Positions 48,001 through 60,612 of a stretch of DNA of 64,000 nt are shown here, piece by piece. The DNA comes from Callorhinchus milii. Its lineage: Eukaryota. Made by a program: the position numbers and the translations under genes. A model generated the notes under the pieces. It saw only the letters and a program-made list of their open reading frames with translations. It was not told where the DNA came from and ran no database searches. The stretch's first letter is position 1, and each line of letters opens with the position of its first letter. The stretch spans positions 38,752,001-38,816,000 of the forward strand of contig NW_024704743.1 in the NCBI RefSeq assembly GCF_018977255.1. Reading direction: 5' to 3'.

Positions 48001-51000
48001 ACTATGGATATTTGAGAGTGCCACAAACAGATGGAACTGAGCAAGGGAGAATTAAAACATCTCATAGTCTGTGCGCCAGACAGCCAAGGCTTCCCACATA
48101 GGCAGGATGTTAGGTTATTCTCAGTTGATCTTTCAGCTCTCCAAGGCAAACGTCCAAATGGACTTCCAGGAATTACAGCTTAATTGACCATAATTGCTGT
48201 ACCTCCATTTCCTACCGCTCTCTGGAGACATTTGGGCTTGTGTGTTTCATGCATCATCAAATGTCAGTGTGTATCAATACAACAATGTATATTGAATGTC
48301 CAGCAAAACTAACAGCAAAATAAATTCAGAGTTATAAAATGAAGAATTATTTGCTGGATATCTTCGTATATTCTTGAAATTTTCTATTACAGCATTACAG
48401 CCTGTCACGTAACGCCAGCCTGGTTTAAAGATGAAGCAAAGAAATGTCTTTCTCTCACAGTATGTTCAGCTCAGTAGATCAAACACAAATTTTAGACTTA
48501 AAGATTTGGCTGTGGCAGGATTGTGCTCCATCCTAATTGTGATTGTAAACGAGTCACAGAGTTGTTTACAGCTGATTCCTCTATGGAGAAAATATAATTT
48601 TCCAACATATTTTCTTTTGATGCAAATTGCTCTTATCAGGAATTAAATTTTCCATTGTAAACAAAGCAATCCCACAGTTTGGCGTACAGTGAACAAATGC
48701 CCTGGCTTCACTTGCTTTGAACTAAAGTGACCTGTAAACCACAACACATGGTTTCTTTTTAAAAACTAGAAACAAAAAAAAATACTGAATTGCTTTGCAG
48801 ACCCATCACTGTCACCGGGGTGGTCCTAAAGATAATCTATTCTCACCTTTTGCAAGGGTTATTATCACCATTATCACTGGTTCAAACCTGCTGCAAGATC
48901 TCTCCTGAAATCAGAGGCTGTGTTAAAGGATTATTCCTTCTCCAAGAAAATGAGGGATTTTAAGAAATACAAGAGTGGCAGGTCCTGACTTTTGCAATAC
49001 CATTTATTCTCCATTTATCGGAGGGTTCTGTGATGGAATTCAGGGGCAGAATATCTACAAGCATGCTCACCAACGGGGAGGAGGACATGAAGCAGGCTGC
49101 TGCTTGCTGAGAGCAAGGAGTGGCCAGATCAGGAGGAGCGAAGGAGGTCACAGAATAGGGTCAGGCAAGACAATGGAGTAATGTAAAGGTGAGAATGAGA
49201 ATCTTGAACTCCTGGAGAAGCCACTTGAGGATGAGATGATAGTCTCATGGACCTGATGCAGAAAGGATAGAAGTTGCAAAGTTCTGGTTAGTCTGCAGTT
49301 TTGTGGAGGGAAGAGCTGTGGAGGAAGTCCAGCGAGCAGAACATTCAGTTAGGCATAAATGAGTGTGAAGAATACACACTATTGTTTACACCCTATTCTC
49401 ATTGGAGCTGTTGACATTTTTTTAACCTCAGTGAGCATTAAGTAATCATAGAATCATTGAAATTTACAGCACAGAAGTGGTCAATGTTCAACTACGTTAG
49501 TGAAAAAACAGGTTCTAGACTGGCTCATATTCCATTTTGATTTCTCCCTGGTTTCTGTGGCATTAGTACACGATTAGTTAAATTCAGCTACAGGATGTGA
49601 TGTCTGTTCCAGACATCATCTTGATGGAATTATTTCCAGAATGCACAATGGATGCTATCTATAGTTTTGGACTGTGCTGTGGATTTCATACAGCTCGAAG
49701 TCAACAGTAATAAGCTTGTAAACCTGGAGGATACTGGTTAACAGGCCAAACACATCTTATGTCATTGTGACTGGATACCAATGTATTGAAAGGTCAGTCT
49801 GTCTGTGGTTTCACCTACAGAGTTCTATAATGCATTGGCTTAGGATGTATGAATTTCCAGCCTTAATTGCTAATTGGGCACCAGCAACCTGCTAAGGAAT
49901 CAGCACCAGTTTTGAGCTGGGTACTAGAGGGAGGTCAGAGAGCTCTGTAGAAGATGGCTGTGCAAAGCAATGGCTTCCTTATCTAACTAAAAAACAACCT
50001 TTTTTTTGTTCGAAACACTTGGTGCAAGTTTGTTTTCTGGGCGCGACCATTCGCCTAACTACCATTAAATTTAATGAATTATGGACTGATACTTTGTGAC
50101 ACTTCTTAATGAAAAAATATAATGCTGAATTTCTAAAACATAGAAATGTGCTTCTGTGCAATACATGTTTTAGAAATTCAATAATTACACATTTCTTATG
50201 AAGAAGCGGGTTGAGACATTTCGCAAACTTGACCCCACTATAAAGATCTAGCAGAAAAATGCTCGATCAACAAGAACAACAAAAAATTGCATTTGTATAG
50301 TGCCTTTTACATCAGGAGGACATCCCAAGGTGCTAGGTCACTTGCAATTAAAAGTATTTTCCAAAAAGTATTCAAAATGCTGTATAAAAGATCTGATAAA
50401 TGAACAGTGCAACAAAATAGGGTCCAAAATAGGAAGAAAAGTCATCTGTCCAACAAATATGAAACACAGAGCCATTTGTAGAATACCAAGGAGAGGTAAA
50501 ATCATATATTTGCCACAATTTTCATTTTAAAACTGATAGAAAAAAGTAACAACACTAAAGTACTATTTTTTGGGGGGAAATTTATATTTATTTATAAATA
50601 TATTTGGTGCAACAGAAATCCTAAACAAACACAATGTACAACATCTCCTGTTACAATTTTTNCCCCTTTCTCCTGATACAAAAACATTCTGTTGTACATT
50701 CCTTCACCGCACACAGGTTGTGCACTCAAGTACTATTTGTACCAAAGGAAACAAACAATAATCATTAGTACAGTGGAGTTTCGGATCCATACAATCTCTA
50801 TAGTGAGGCACAATAGCGTACCCCCGGCCAGTTTGCTCCCTGTGCGTCAACCAGTTCCCATGCTGGGTCATTGGTCACCAATGATATAGTTTCCTACTTT
50901 GTTACTCATGTGCTGTGAATATGGTCCACAGAGCAGGTTGAATTATAACCAAATTTGTGCTGGAACATAGCATGTTATAATAGTACTGTAGTCAAATGCA

Positions 51001-51614
51001 AAACAGAGCATGACCCTACAGGAATGAGAAAGTTTATAGTGTTGAGTCATGTTGCTGCTTTTAATGAAATTTTGAGATTCCAAACTGTTTGTCTTAATAT
51101 TTTTCTTATTATTCTCAGCACCTTGGGACGTCTTCCAGGCGTGAAAGGTGCTATACAAATGTAATCTTGTTGTTGTTGTTATTAGATTCAATTCTACTTG
51201 ATAAAGAATGGAGGATTTCTACTATGATTCAAACTGTAATAGATTTTCATTATTCAACAACAACAGTTCCTCCTGAGGACCTGGCCAACAAATCCTCCAG
51301 ATAAAATGTGGGACGCTCTACAGTGCAAATTGGCCACAGTGCTCGTCTACAAAATACACAGTCACTGTACTTAATAAATTCTGTGAAGTGCTTTGAGTCA
51401 TCTCAACATCAAAAACAACAACAAATTGCATTGATATAGCAGCCTTCATTTTGGAAGGACACCTCAAGGCGCTGTGAACCCACAACCTTCTAATTCATTG
51501 GCAAGAGTGCTACCTATTGAGTCAGACTGACAACTAATCTCCAACAGCTAGAAAATGGGAATATCACAACAACAAATCCTGGTACAATGTGATAGGATGC
51601 TATATCAAACACCC

Positions 51615-52130
51615 CAAATTATATATTGCCTTTCAAATCAGGAGGATGTCTCAAAGTGCTTCACACAGCTGACTATGAGCCCTTGCTGGAGATTTTGGGC
51701 AGGGGAGGAGGGAGCTGAGGGTGAGGGGAAATGTGACCACAAGAGCGGTTGAAAAGATGGGCTTTAATGCAGGCTTTAAACGTTTAAAGATTGTGAAGGA
51801 GGGGACAAGACCGAGCAACTCTGGGACGGAGTTTCAGAGAGTGGGGCAGAATGTCTCAAAGCTCACCCACTGATGGTGGGCAGATTGGGTGGGGTCATGA
51901 AGCTGGCAGTGTTCACTGAGCAGTGGGAGTGGCTGGAGCGGTGGAGTTGTAGGAGATCAGAGAAAGTGGGGTGAGGCTGAGAATTGAATTTGATATGCCG
52001 GGGTTTGGGGAGCCAGTGGAGCTGAGTGAGAATGGGGGAGATGGCCTGTGGAACCTGATGGGGGAGATGACATGGGCTGCAGAATTCTGGGGGGTCTGCA
52101 GTTTGTGTAGGAAAGAGTTTAACTTGCAAA
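51615..52130 (-). mobile_element. L2 3' fragment
   Basis: HKLQTPQNSAAHV...ISPILTQLHWLP...PTISG and a stem-loop remnant. Confidence 0.8.
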
Positions 52131-54069
52131 GGATCATTGAACAGAGGAATGAGATCAAGTTCATAGCTGATATGTTTATCCTGTAGTGGGATAAATTGTA
52201 GTGCTCCTGAAACCAAATCTTCTCACTCAGTGGTCTCAGATCCAGGGTTCCAGCATGATTTGCCGTGGGTCAAACCCAATTTATACTGCTTGGACGGTGG
52301 TGAATTGCTTCTAAACTCACAGAAATTGATTACAAAACCTGCAGTATAAATCTACTCTTCAATATTTTCAAACTGTTGGTTTGTTTGAATATGAAATCAT
52401 TAATTTTATCATTTTATAAATTTTATTCAGTGAATGTTATCAGGATTTGTGCTAAGCTAGCCATATGTAGTTCTTGTTTATTCAGCAAAGCAACAATTTG
52501 CAGCTCATCAGGAAGTAAGGACAAATAAAAAACTATTGATTGAATTTGTTACTATAAAAATATTATTAAGGCCTGCCAAAAGCTGAAATTAGCTGTCATT
52601 TAATTTGACTTGGATGTCAAGTTCTTCCTGTAATCGATGTAGATGCGGAAGAAGGCTTTTGATGTCTTTGGATCAATAACAATTTTAAACCAGCAAATGA
52701 GCTGTGTAATGGCTCCTTTGAGAACGCAGTTGATGAGGAATTTTGTCTGAAAGTGGATCAGAAAGTGATAGAAATAATTACTTAATTTAAGTCACTATGG
52801 CCTAAAATGATTTCTAATTCAGTAAATGTTACGCGAGCAGACTCTTTCTAAATGCACGTATGATCTCAGTAGTTTGAATTGCCATGAGGTAAAACATATT
52901 TTCCCAAGATTAATTTTGAGTTTTGATGTCTCATTTTCTATCCCACTCCCAGGTGAGTCCTTCTAGTCCTTCCATGAGAGAGTGCACATTCCATTCCAGA
53001 CGCAGAGAAATTTCCAACTCTAATCGGCTTGAATGGAACTCTCACTCTGTTTGGGAAACTGTTCAGTATGGTGACGTGTGGGTTTCAAGTGTATTAGAGA
53101 CCAGGCTGATCAACTCTCCTCCCAGGCCCTGTATGACCTGATGCTAATTTCTGTCTGAAAAAGCTGCTGCCAGGTTTATCTATCTCTGCAAGCAGCCTCA
53201 ATACAACTCCTGGTTCAGTTTTTCAATGCTTGGTACAGGTGGGCTCTCCTTTAAGCCAATATCTTGTTCTTGGCTTGCATCATACGCTCTTGAGAAGGCA
53301 TGTAACAGAGAGTACTACTCTGTGTGTGTATGTGTGTGAGGGGATGGGGGGCTGGGCGGAGAACATTATCAGATATTGTGAGATACACTCACACCTCCTA
53401 GAAAACAATATTGCAGAAACCTGGCAACAGATCTACAGCCTCTCCATTTGCCTAAAACCTGGTTAAAAAATGAGAAGATTCCATCCTACAAATCGTTTGT
53501 GAAGCACCTACTCCGAAATCTTAAATAAGTTTGTTGTAACCATAAGCTCTGTAAAGATTTTGTGAATAATACAAGACAGCGATTGCTTGAAGGATTTTGT
53601 CAGAAAGCCCTCTCATCAATACTCCACATTGATCTGCCGTCGCTCTCAAATGAACAATAACATTGTAATGTTATCACGCCCTTCATTAAGGGTGGTGTCT
53701 CAAAGCACTGAACAACAACCTGGTTTGATGCCGAACAAGACATGTTCAAAACATTTCTCTTTCACATGCTGATTGGCCTGCTGTGGGTTTCCAGCATTTT
53801 ATGTGTTTTTTTGGCAAACTTTGTGCATTGACATTTTATTTTGTCGCCGTCCTGCCACGAGATGGCTCCCACACCCACATTTATTTGCAACAGTGAACAA
53901 ACATGGTCACCAGCTGCCCACATTAGGACCATCCATGCGGCCCTGGGATATACTCTGCATCTGGGCCTTCTTTGTGTTGTTCAATAAATGAAAAGTAAAA
54001 AACAGCTTTTCACATTCTTTAAAGAAAAATTATCCAAATCTCTCCCCCCGGTCTTTCAACTTCTGAACT

Positions 54070-54415
54070 GAACAAGAACTTGCATTTATACAGCCATTCA
54101 CACAGTGTCCCGGAGTGCTTGACAACAAGCCAGGGGGAGGGGAAGTGGGGAGGTGACCAGAAGCACGATCAAAAAGCAAGGTCTTTATGCAGATTTAAAA
54201 ATGGGGAAGGAGGGGCAAGGCGGAGGGATTGATGGAGAGAGTTCCAGAGTTTGGGAGGGGAGTGGCTGACAGCACGGCCGACGATAATGGAGCAGAGGGG
54301 GTGAAGGACGAACAGGAGGCTGGAGCCGGCCGAGCAGAGGCAGCGGGTGGTAGAGTGGGGGGTGAGCAAATCGGATAGGTAGGGAGGTGCGAGGGCATGA
54401 AGGGCATGAGGGCAC
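54070..54415 (-). mobile_element. L2 3' fragment
   Basis: IIVGRAVSHSPPKLWNSLHQSLRLAP. Confidence 0.8.
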
Positions 54416-54644
54416 TGAACAATTCAAAGCAATGCCATTTTTTTCCCAGGTGTTCTGCATGAAAACCCAACAAGTAGTAGCTGAGGCAGAGGAGCTACAT
54501 ATTCTGTTCTTCCTCTTGGTAAAGCAGACCAAACGCAGATGTTTTTGTAAAGGCATATCTGCAATGCTCCAAAACACTATCCTGTGTGAAGGTCTGTATA
54601 TAAATGAAAGTTGTTGTTGTTTTGTCTGTCAGTGGGGTATTAGA

Positions 54645-54975
54645 TAATAATAATAATAATAATAACAATATTAATCCTTAATTTGATATCGCGCTTTTCA
54701 CGTCTTCTAGATGTCCGAAAGCGCTTCACAGGATACACTGTAAAGTTAATTGACTATATCGGCGAAAGCGGCTGCCAATTGCGCACAGCAGTGTCCCACA
54801 AACAGTCGTAGATTGAAAATGAGCAATTTATTATTGTTTTGGTTTTTGGAGGGATTATTATTAGGCTCTGTGTGGAGTAAGGAAACTTGCCCAAGGTTTC
54901 GCCCTCTGCCTGGAATTGAACTCAGGTCTCTCACTTGCAAAGCGAGTGCTCTAACCACTGAGCTACAGGACTCCA
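54645..54975 (-). mobile_element. Young tRNA(Ala)-derived SINE
   Basis: Full-length copy with a long (att)n tail. Confidence 0.9.
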
Positions 54976-56227
54976 CAGTCCTGTATTACAATATTGAATT
55001 TCAATAGATATTGTAATTCAAGAGGAAAAGATCACATTTTCAGTGTTTGGATTTATAACAGGTCTTTATTTGAATCACTGAACGATAAGTCCAAATATTA
55101 TAATTCAAAAGTTACATTCTGCATACATTTCATTGATGGCAACAATCCAGACATAGAAGCTGATTACTCAGACTGGAGTGCAGGCTGTCACTCAGATAAA
55201 AGCATGATTTAGTGCAGTGAGCTGAAACTAAAGATTGATGGAATAAGGAGGAAAGCTTTGTGTTCACGATATTTCCAAAATGGAATTCTAAAACTAGACA
55301 TTTCATGGTTTATATTCATGTTCACACCAGATGTTTGCCCACAGAAAAGGAAAATGTTTGCAAAGTGGTTACTCGGTTGGGGCTGCAACTAATGTGCATC
55401 ATTATGTAAAAACAGGGACTAATTTGCAGCATTTTTTACCAGAATTTCTCCATAGAGTAATCTGAATCATAAACATGTCACTCCGACCTGTGCAACCCTG
55501 CTCTGGAAATAAATTGCTTCGAGGTGGATTTGCAATAGATTGACAGGAATTCTAACGGGATTCTTAAGGAATTACAGTAAGAAATACCATAACGACAGCT
55601 TTAGAATCTTAAGATATATGTACGCATAGTAATTAGCTAACTTGCAGAATTACTGCAATGAATTACTCTATGTGAAAAGCACTGAGACCATAGGAAAAAA
55701 CATCTAACATCTGTGATTCCAATCACCATTAAATATTAAACCCCAAAGCACAATAAATGTCATAAATTAAAATATTTATATAGTAATTAAAATACTACAT
55801 TGCGTGTGCTTGTGTTGATTTATTTTCCTATGAAACAAGTGGGGAACAATTGCTAAACCAATGCTATTTACACACAAGTCCAACACTTTTTAGTTCCCTC
55901 TGCTTTCAAATTTTGCTTCACTTTCTCCATCAGAACATCTGCAAAATTGACTGCTGACCAAAATTGACCAAATAAAAATCATTTCTTAATCTTAAACAGA
56001 AAGTAATGTAATCGTACTAACCCTTGGTTCAGGCACACGGGAAATGGGTCTCAGTTTGTTTGTAAGTATTCCATCCTTGGCAGCTAATGCTTTTTATTCT
56101 CTGCCTATCAATAAATGTACTGACCTAAGCCACATGCACTTAATCCCTAGATAAGCAAACATTACAATGGTGGTAAATTTAACAGCAAATAGAGATCAAA
56201 CCCAAAATTGTGCTGTAGTGTCTATAT

Positions 56228-56550
56228 AATAATAATAATAATAATAATCCTTGCATTTGATATAGCGCTTTTCACGTCGGGAGGACGTCCCAAAGCGCTT
56301 CACAGAATAGACTGTAAAGTGAATTGACTGTATATTTGTGGGCGAACGCGGCAGCCAATTGCGCACAGCAATGTCCCACAAACAGTCAGGGATTGAAAAT
56401 GACCAATTTATTATTGTTTTTGTTTTGGAGGGATTATTATTAGGCCGTGTGGAGTAAGGAAACTTGCCCAAGGTTTCGCCCTGCCTGGAATTGAACTCAG
56501 GTCTCTCACTTGCAAAGCGAGTGCTCTAACCACTGAGCTGCAGGACTCCA
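56228..56550 (-). mobile_element. Young tRNA(Ala)-derived SINE just downstream of the ASB gene
   Basis: Full-length, near-identical copy. Confidence 0.92.
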
Positions 56551-56679
56551 AAAGTATGAGACTGATCATCCAAACAAATATCTTTAAAATTAATAAAACA
56601 CTGTTTGAATCATCATCTTGTCTGTTCAGGAAGCCACTCAATAGCTTTTAAATTGAAATACAATAATTATGGTTATCAA

Positions 56680-56685
56680 TTTATT
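56680..56685 (-). terminator. Candidate poly(A) signal of the ASB1/12-like gene
   Basis: AATAAA on - (tttatt on +), about 90 nt after the stop codon. Confidence 0.5.
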
Positions 56686-56776
56686 TGTTTCTGTTCAAAC
56701 TAGAGTTACATCTTGCAGAACTTAATTCTTTCACACAGTTGGTGTACCAACATTTCATTGATTGAGTTACTGCGTA

Positions 56777-56910
56777 TCAAACAGGTTTATAGAAGAGGTA
56801 ATTCTTGAGGAACTTTGGCAGTGGTAAATCATTGATATAGTTTAATCTTGTCACACCCAGACATCTTCGAATGAGAAGCCGACAAGCACTTTGAAGTATC
56901 CTTGGATTTG
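56777..56910 (-). CDS. ASB1/ASB12-like protein, terminal exon (SOCS box)
   Basis: Acceptor cacattgtgttttgcAG (ct at 56911-56912), phase 1. Reads (A)NPRILQSACRLLIRRCLGVTRLNYINDLPLPKFLKNYLFYKPV*: a BC box (LxxxCxxxI) plus the Cul5 box LPLP. Not in the ORF track. Confidence 0.92.
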
Positions 56911-56994
56911 CTGCAAAACACAATGTGAATCACTTAAATAAAAGATACAGGATATGTTGTGGTTTTGATGGAGAGGCATCTCTGATTACAATAA

Positions 56995-57427
56995 AAATAA
57001 AATAATAATCCTTCCATTTGATATAGTGCCTTTCATGTTGGGCGAATGTCTCAAAGTGCTTGACAAGATTTACCGTAAAGTGTAGAAGCTGGGTGTTTTG
57101 TAAGCGAACACGGCAGCCAATTTACGCACAGCAATGCCCCACAAACATCCATGAAATAAATTACAAATTTTATTTGGAAGATTGTTGGCCATGACACTGG
57201 GAGAAACTCCCTTCTCTTTTTTGATTGTACTATGGGATCTTTATGGTCAACAGGCAGAATGGATATCAGTTGAATTAGTTGAAAGGACAGCAACTCCAAA
57301 AATGCAGCACACCCCCCGCACTGAGCGTCAGCCTAGACTATGTGAATTCAGAGTTCTGGCAAAGGTTATAAACCCACAGGCTTCTGACTCAGAGGTGAGA
57401 GTGCAACCAACAGGGCAAGGCTGACTA
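56995..57427 (-). mobile_element. DeuSINE-like SINE in the last ASB intron
   Basis: Head gtcagccttgccctgttggttgcactctcacctctgagtcagaagcctgtggg, Deu-like core and tail. Confidence 0.8.
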
Positions 57428-57849
57428 CAATATGTAATGGGTGATCTACAAACAGTGAGGTTGAAGTAGATTATGAGGCACAACAAGATATTTCTGGTAA
57501 TCAAATTAGATACTTTTGTATATGCAATACTCGTAGACTCTTCCTGTGTGAAGGGCTCTATATAAATGCAAGTTGTTATTGCTGCATATTAGAATTTTAT
57601 GTACTGTGTGTCACTGAGTTTTCTAACTGAAGACTATTCTTATGTAGCAGAAATGACTTCCCATGGGCAGTTGTGACATTAAAATCACCAGTTAAAGACA
57701 TCATGCTGCAGCATTCATTAGTTTCAAATACACTTTCATGGTATAAATTTAATGTTACGGCTGACAACAATGTTTCCTTGATACGTAACACTATTAAAAC
57801 TATCAGAGAGGAAACTGTTCATTGCAATGGAATGCTTTAATAGCATTGA

Positions 57850-58306
57850 GGAGGGCAAGCAAAATGATTGAGGGGATGGAGGGATTGGACTATGAGGAGT
57901 GATTAGATAAACTGGGCATGTTCACACTGGAGAAGAGCAAGTTGAGGGGCGATATGATTGCGGTCTGTCTTTAAGATTCTGAAGGGAATAGATAATGTAG
58001 ACCGTGATAAGCTGTTTTATCTTATACTGAACAATATAATCAGAGGACATGGCCTGTGATTGAAAGGGGATAAATTCAGAACAAATTTGCAGAAACACTA
58101 CTTCAGTGAGCAAGTAGTAAACTTTATGGAACAGGCTCCCTAGGGAGACAGTGGAAGCAGTAAATGCTGTTTGTTTTAAGAACAAATTAGATAAGTATCT
58201 GCTAGAAAATAATATCTTGGGACACATGTCAAGAGACTGCCAGGATAGTGGAAGGCAAACTAGATGGACCTTGGTCTTCTTTCGCCTAGCAAATTCTTAT
58301 GTTCTT
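57850..58306 (+). mobile_element. CR1 3' fragment
   Basis: MIEGMEGLDYEE.LDKLGMFTLEKSKLRGDMI...WNRLPRETVEAVNAVCFKNKLDKYL, with the CR1 3' end ttcttatgttctta. Confidence 0.85.
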
Positions 58307-59065
58307 AAGATAAGGGCTGTGGAGCACCAACACACCCAATAATATATTCGGAAATTGAAGATAGGTGGGTTAATTCCCCAGAAGATTAATATTAAGATTC
58401 TCGTCATTACTGTCAAATGGCATGGCGGCCTGCCTTTGCAACCTTCTGTGATCTGACTTCCACAACTACTCCCACTGCTCTACCATCTTAGTAGGCCTGC
58501 TTCTTACTCCCCGCCGGCTCCCCCTCACCATCAGCAGGCAGGTTTTCAGTCACTTTGCTGCCATCCTCTGAACCTCTCCTGAAATCCCTCTGCCTCTCTG
58601 CTTTCAAATCCCAGTTGGAGATCTATCGCTTTGACCATCTACGCATAGCTGAGTTCAGGCTTATACTTAGTCTTTGGGGACATTCTCCCTAATTGGATGA
58701 CACTGTATTTGTATAAATTGTTGTTGTATGTTGAAGATCAGTCAGTTTGACTCAATTTACTGGTATGGATCTTGCTTTAAAAAGAGGATTCTCACCAATA
58801 GGGCACATTAAAATAAAGGTGTTCAGTTCTAGAGCACTCTTTGTATTGTTGCTCATCACGAGGGTAAGAGATGTGATTATGGGATCACAATTTGATGCTA
58901 TCACCACATTGCACATTTACCAATAGAGCTTGAAACAAAAGCACCAGCTATGCTTTTCATATAATGTTTTACAACAAAAATATCATGTCCTCCCACATCC
59001 ACACACACGCAGACACATATACACACACCAGTTTGTTAAGTAAATCCTGAAAAATGCAAACGTAC

Positions 59066-59252
59066 CTCTAGCCATTTGGAAGTAAAGTGCACAAGGATTA
59101 TTCAAAATCAAATGGCTATTCCCAAGGGTTTCGTTGCAACTGAATAAACTCAAATCGGCTCCAAACTCCACCAACAACTTTGCAAATTCTTCCCTACAAT
59201 TCATCTTCACTACTGCATCCAGAAGGCTTGTAGCAGAACTTGGTAGAGGACG
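59066..59252 (-). CDS. ASB1/ASB12-like protein, middle coding exon (187 nt, phase 0/phase 1)
   Basis: Acceptor tacatttatAG|CGT at 59252 and donor AGAG|gtacgt at 59066. Reads RPLPSSATSLLDAVVKMNCREEFAKLLVEFGADLSLF...LYFQMAR, matching the recalled ASB1 segment VMDAVLRHGCEAAFVSLLVEFGANL...FKEAR. Confidence 0.88.
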
Positions 59253-59907
59253 CTATAAATGTAGTAATCAGAAATATTATTGGCCCATTTACCTTCAACA
59301 CAGTAGGAGACCATTGAATCCAATGTATACACATATATAAATCCAATGCAATGTGCTAAACTGTAACATTTTAAAAACTTAGTGCAGGTCAAGAGGAACA
59401 TTGTTTTCGCAGAAATTGCAGACCCCCATTACAAAAGAGATCAACACGCACACAAGTACTGAGCTGCCACATTCACCTTCAAAATACAGTCACTACACTT
59501 TATAGTAAGTCCTGTGAATTGCTTTGAGAAAAAAATGTCTGATTTCCGATTGTCAGGTCCCTGCTGACGTCACTTGTTGTGCACTACACAATACACAGGA
59601 AGTGATATTATCTGACAACTCAAATGTCAGCGATTTTTTAGTATGTGCTGGAAGCTGGGTGTACTCAGCCTCTGGTATAGAGTGGGTGCACAGTAAACCC
59701 ACGTTCTAAGTGAACCTGTGCTAAACCAGGGTGAGTACTTGCGGGGCTAGTTCTAATGTTAGCGCCAGCTCTGATTCACTGGGCCATTAACATTGATGAA
59801 TTTCAGAAATCGTAGAGTTCCATTTACCAAAATGAACTTTACTATCAAATTCTGCAAGGACTGTTAACCAGTTACATTATGATTAACATCATGAAGCATC
59901 TCTGTAA

Positions 59908-60148
59908 CAAATAATAATAGTAAACCTTACATTTGATATAGCGTCTTATCAAGTCTTCGAGACATCTCAAAGTGCTTCACAGAATATACTGTAAAGTGAA
60001 TTGACTGTATTTTGTGGGCAAAACGTACCAGCCAATTGTGCACAGCAGTGTCTCACAAACAATAGTGGATTCAGTAACCAAATCGTGTTTTTGAAGGAAT
60101 TATTACCCCCGGAAAAGTGATCCGCTAATCGACTAACAACCAGGTTAA
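59908..60148 (-). mobile_element. tRNA-derived SINE, long subfamily, 5'-truncated
   Basis: Tail plus the internal segment ccggaaaagtgatccgctaatcgactaacaacc. Confidence 0.8.
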
Positions 60149-60612
60149 CTGCAAATTAAAATGCTTTAAGGTTGGATGAGAAATTGATTTTGGTCACAGG
60201 ACTTTAATGTTGATCTGGCAAGGGCTCAACACTGTTGTTCCATTAAAGTTAATAGATTTTTCCACCACTATCCTCATAAAAGGTCTTCAGTTTTATCCCC
60301 AAACAGCTGTGCGTCTTATTTTACAAAATTTGAATAGAAACTTCAAATTAATTTTCTAAATGAGATTCCTTGCAGCACAGCATATCTGTGCAGGCCAGAC
60401 CCTACACTGCATGGATAGCCAGATATAAATATTGGAATTAATCAACATTTGCAACATATACCCAGAATTTACAAATTGAACTGCATAATAATGATGACAG
60501 ATGCACATCTTGTTCCTTATAAGTTTTTCAAAGCAGTGCAAAAGAGCACTTGAGTTTCACACAATTTTAAACCTGAATATCTAATAAATAAAGCAAATAA
60601 AACTAGACTGAC

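Noticed and set aside
50662..50662. Ambiguous base n
   Set aside because: Assembly ambiguity, not a biological feature.
52585..52746. Good - strand acceptor (ctttctgatccactttcag) as a candidate ASB terminal exon
   Set aside because: No frame gives a SOCS box, and the true SOCS exon is at 56910-56777.
60517..60612. ORF-track C-terminus of the 243-aa ankyrin ORF (VSLVLFALF...)
   Set aside because: Intronic read-through after the GAG|gtcagt donor. Homology continues in the 59252 exon.
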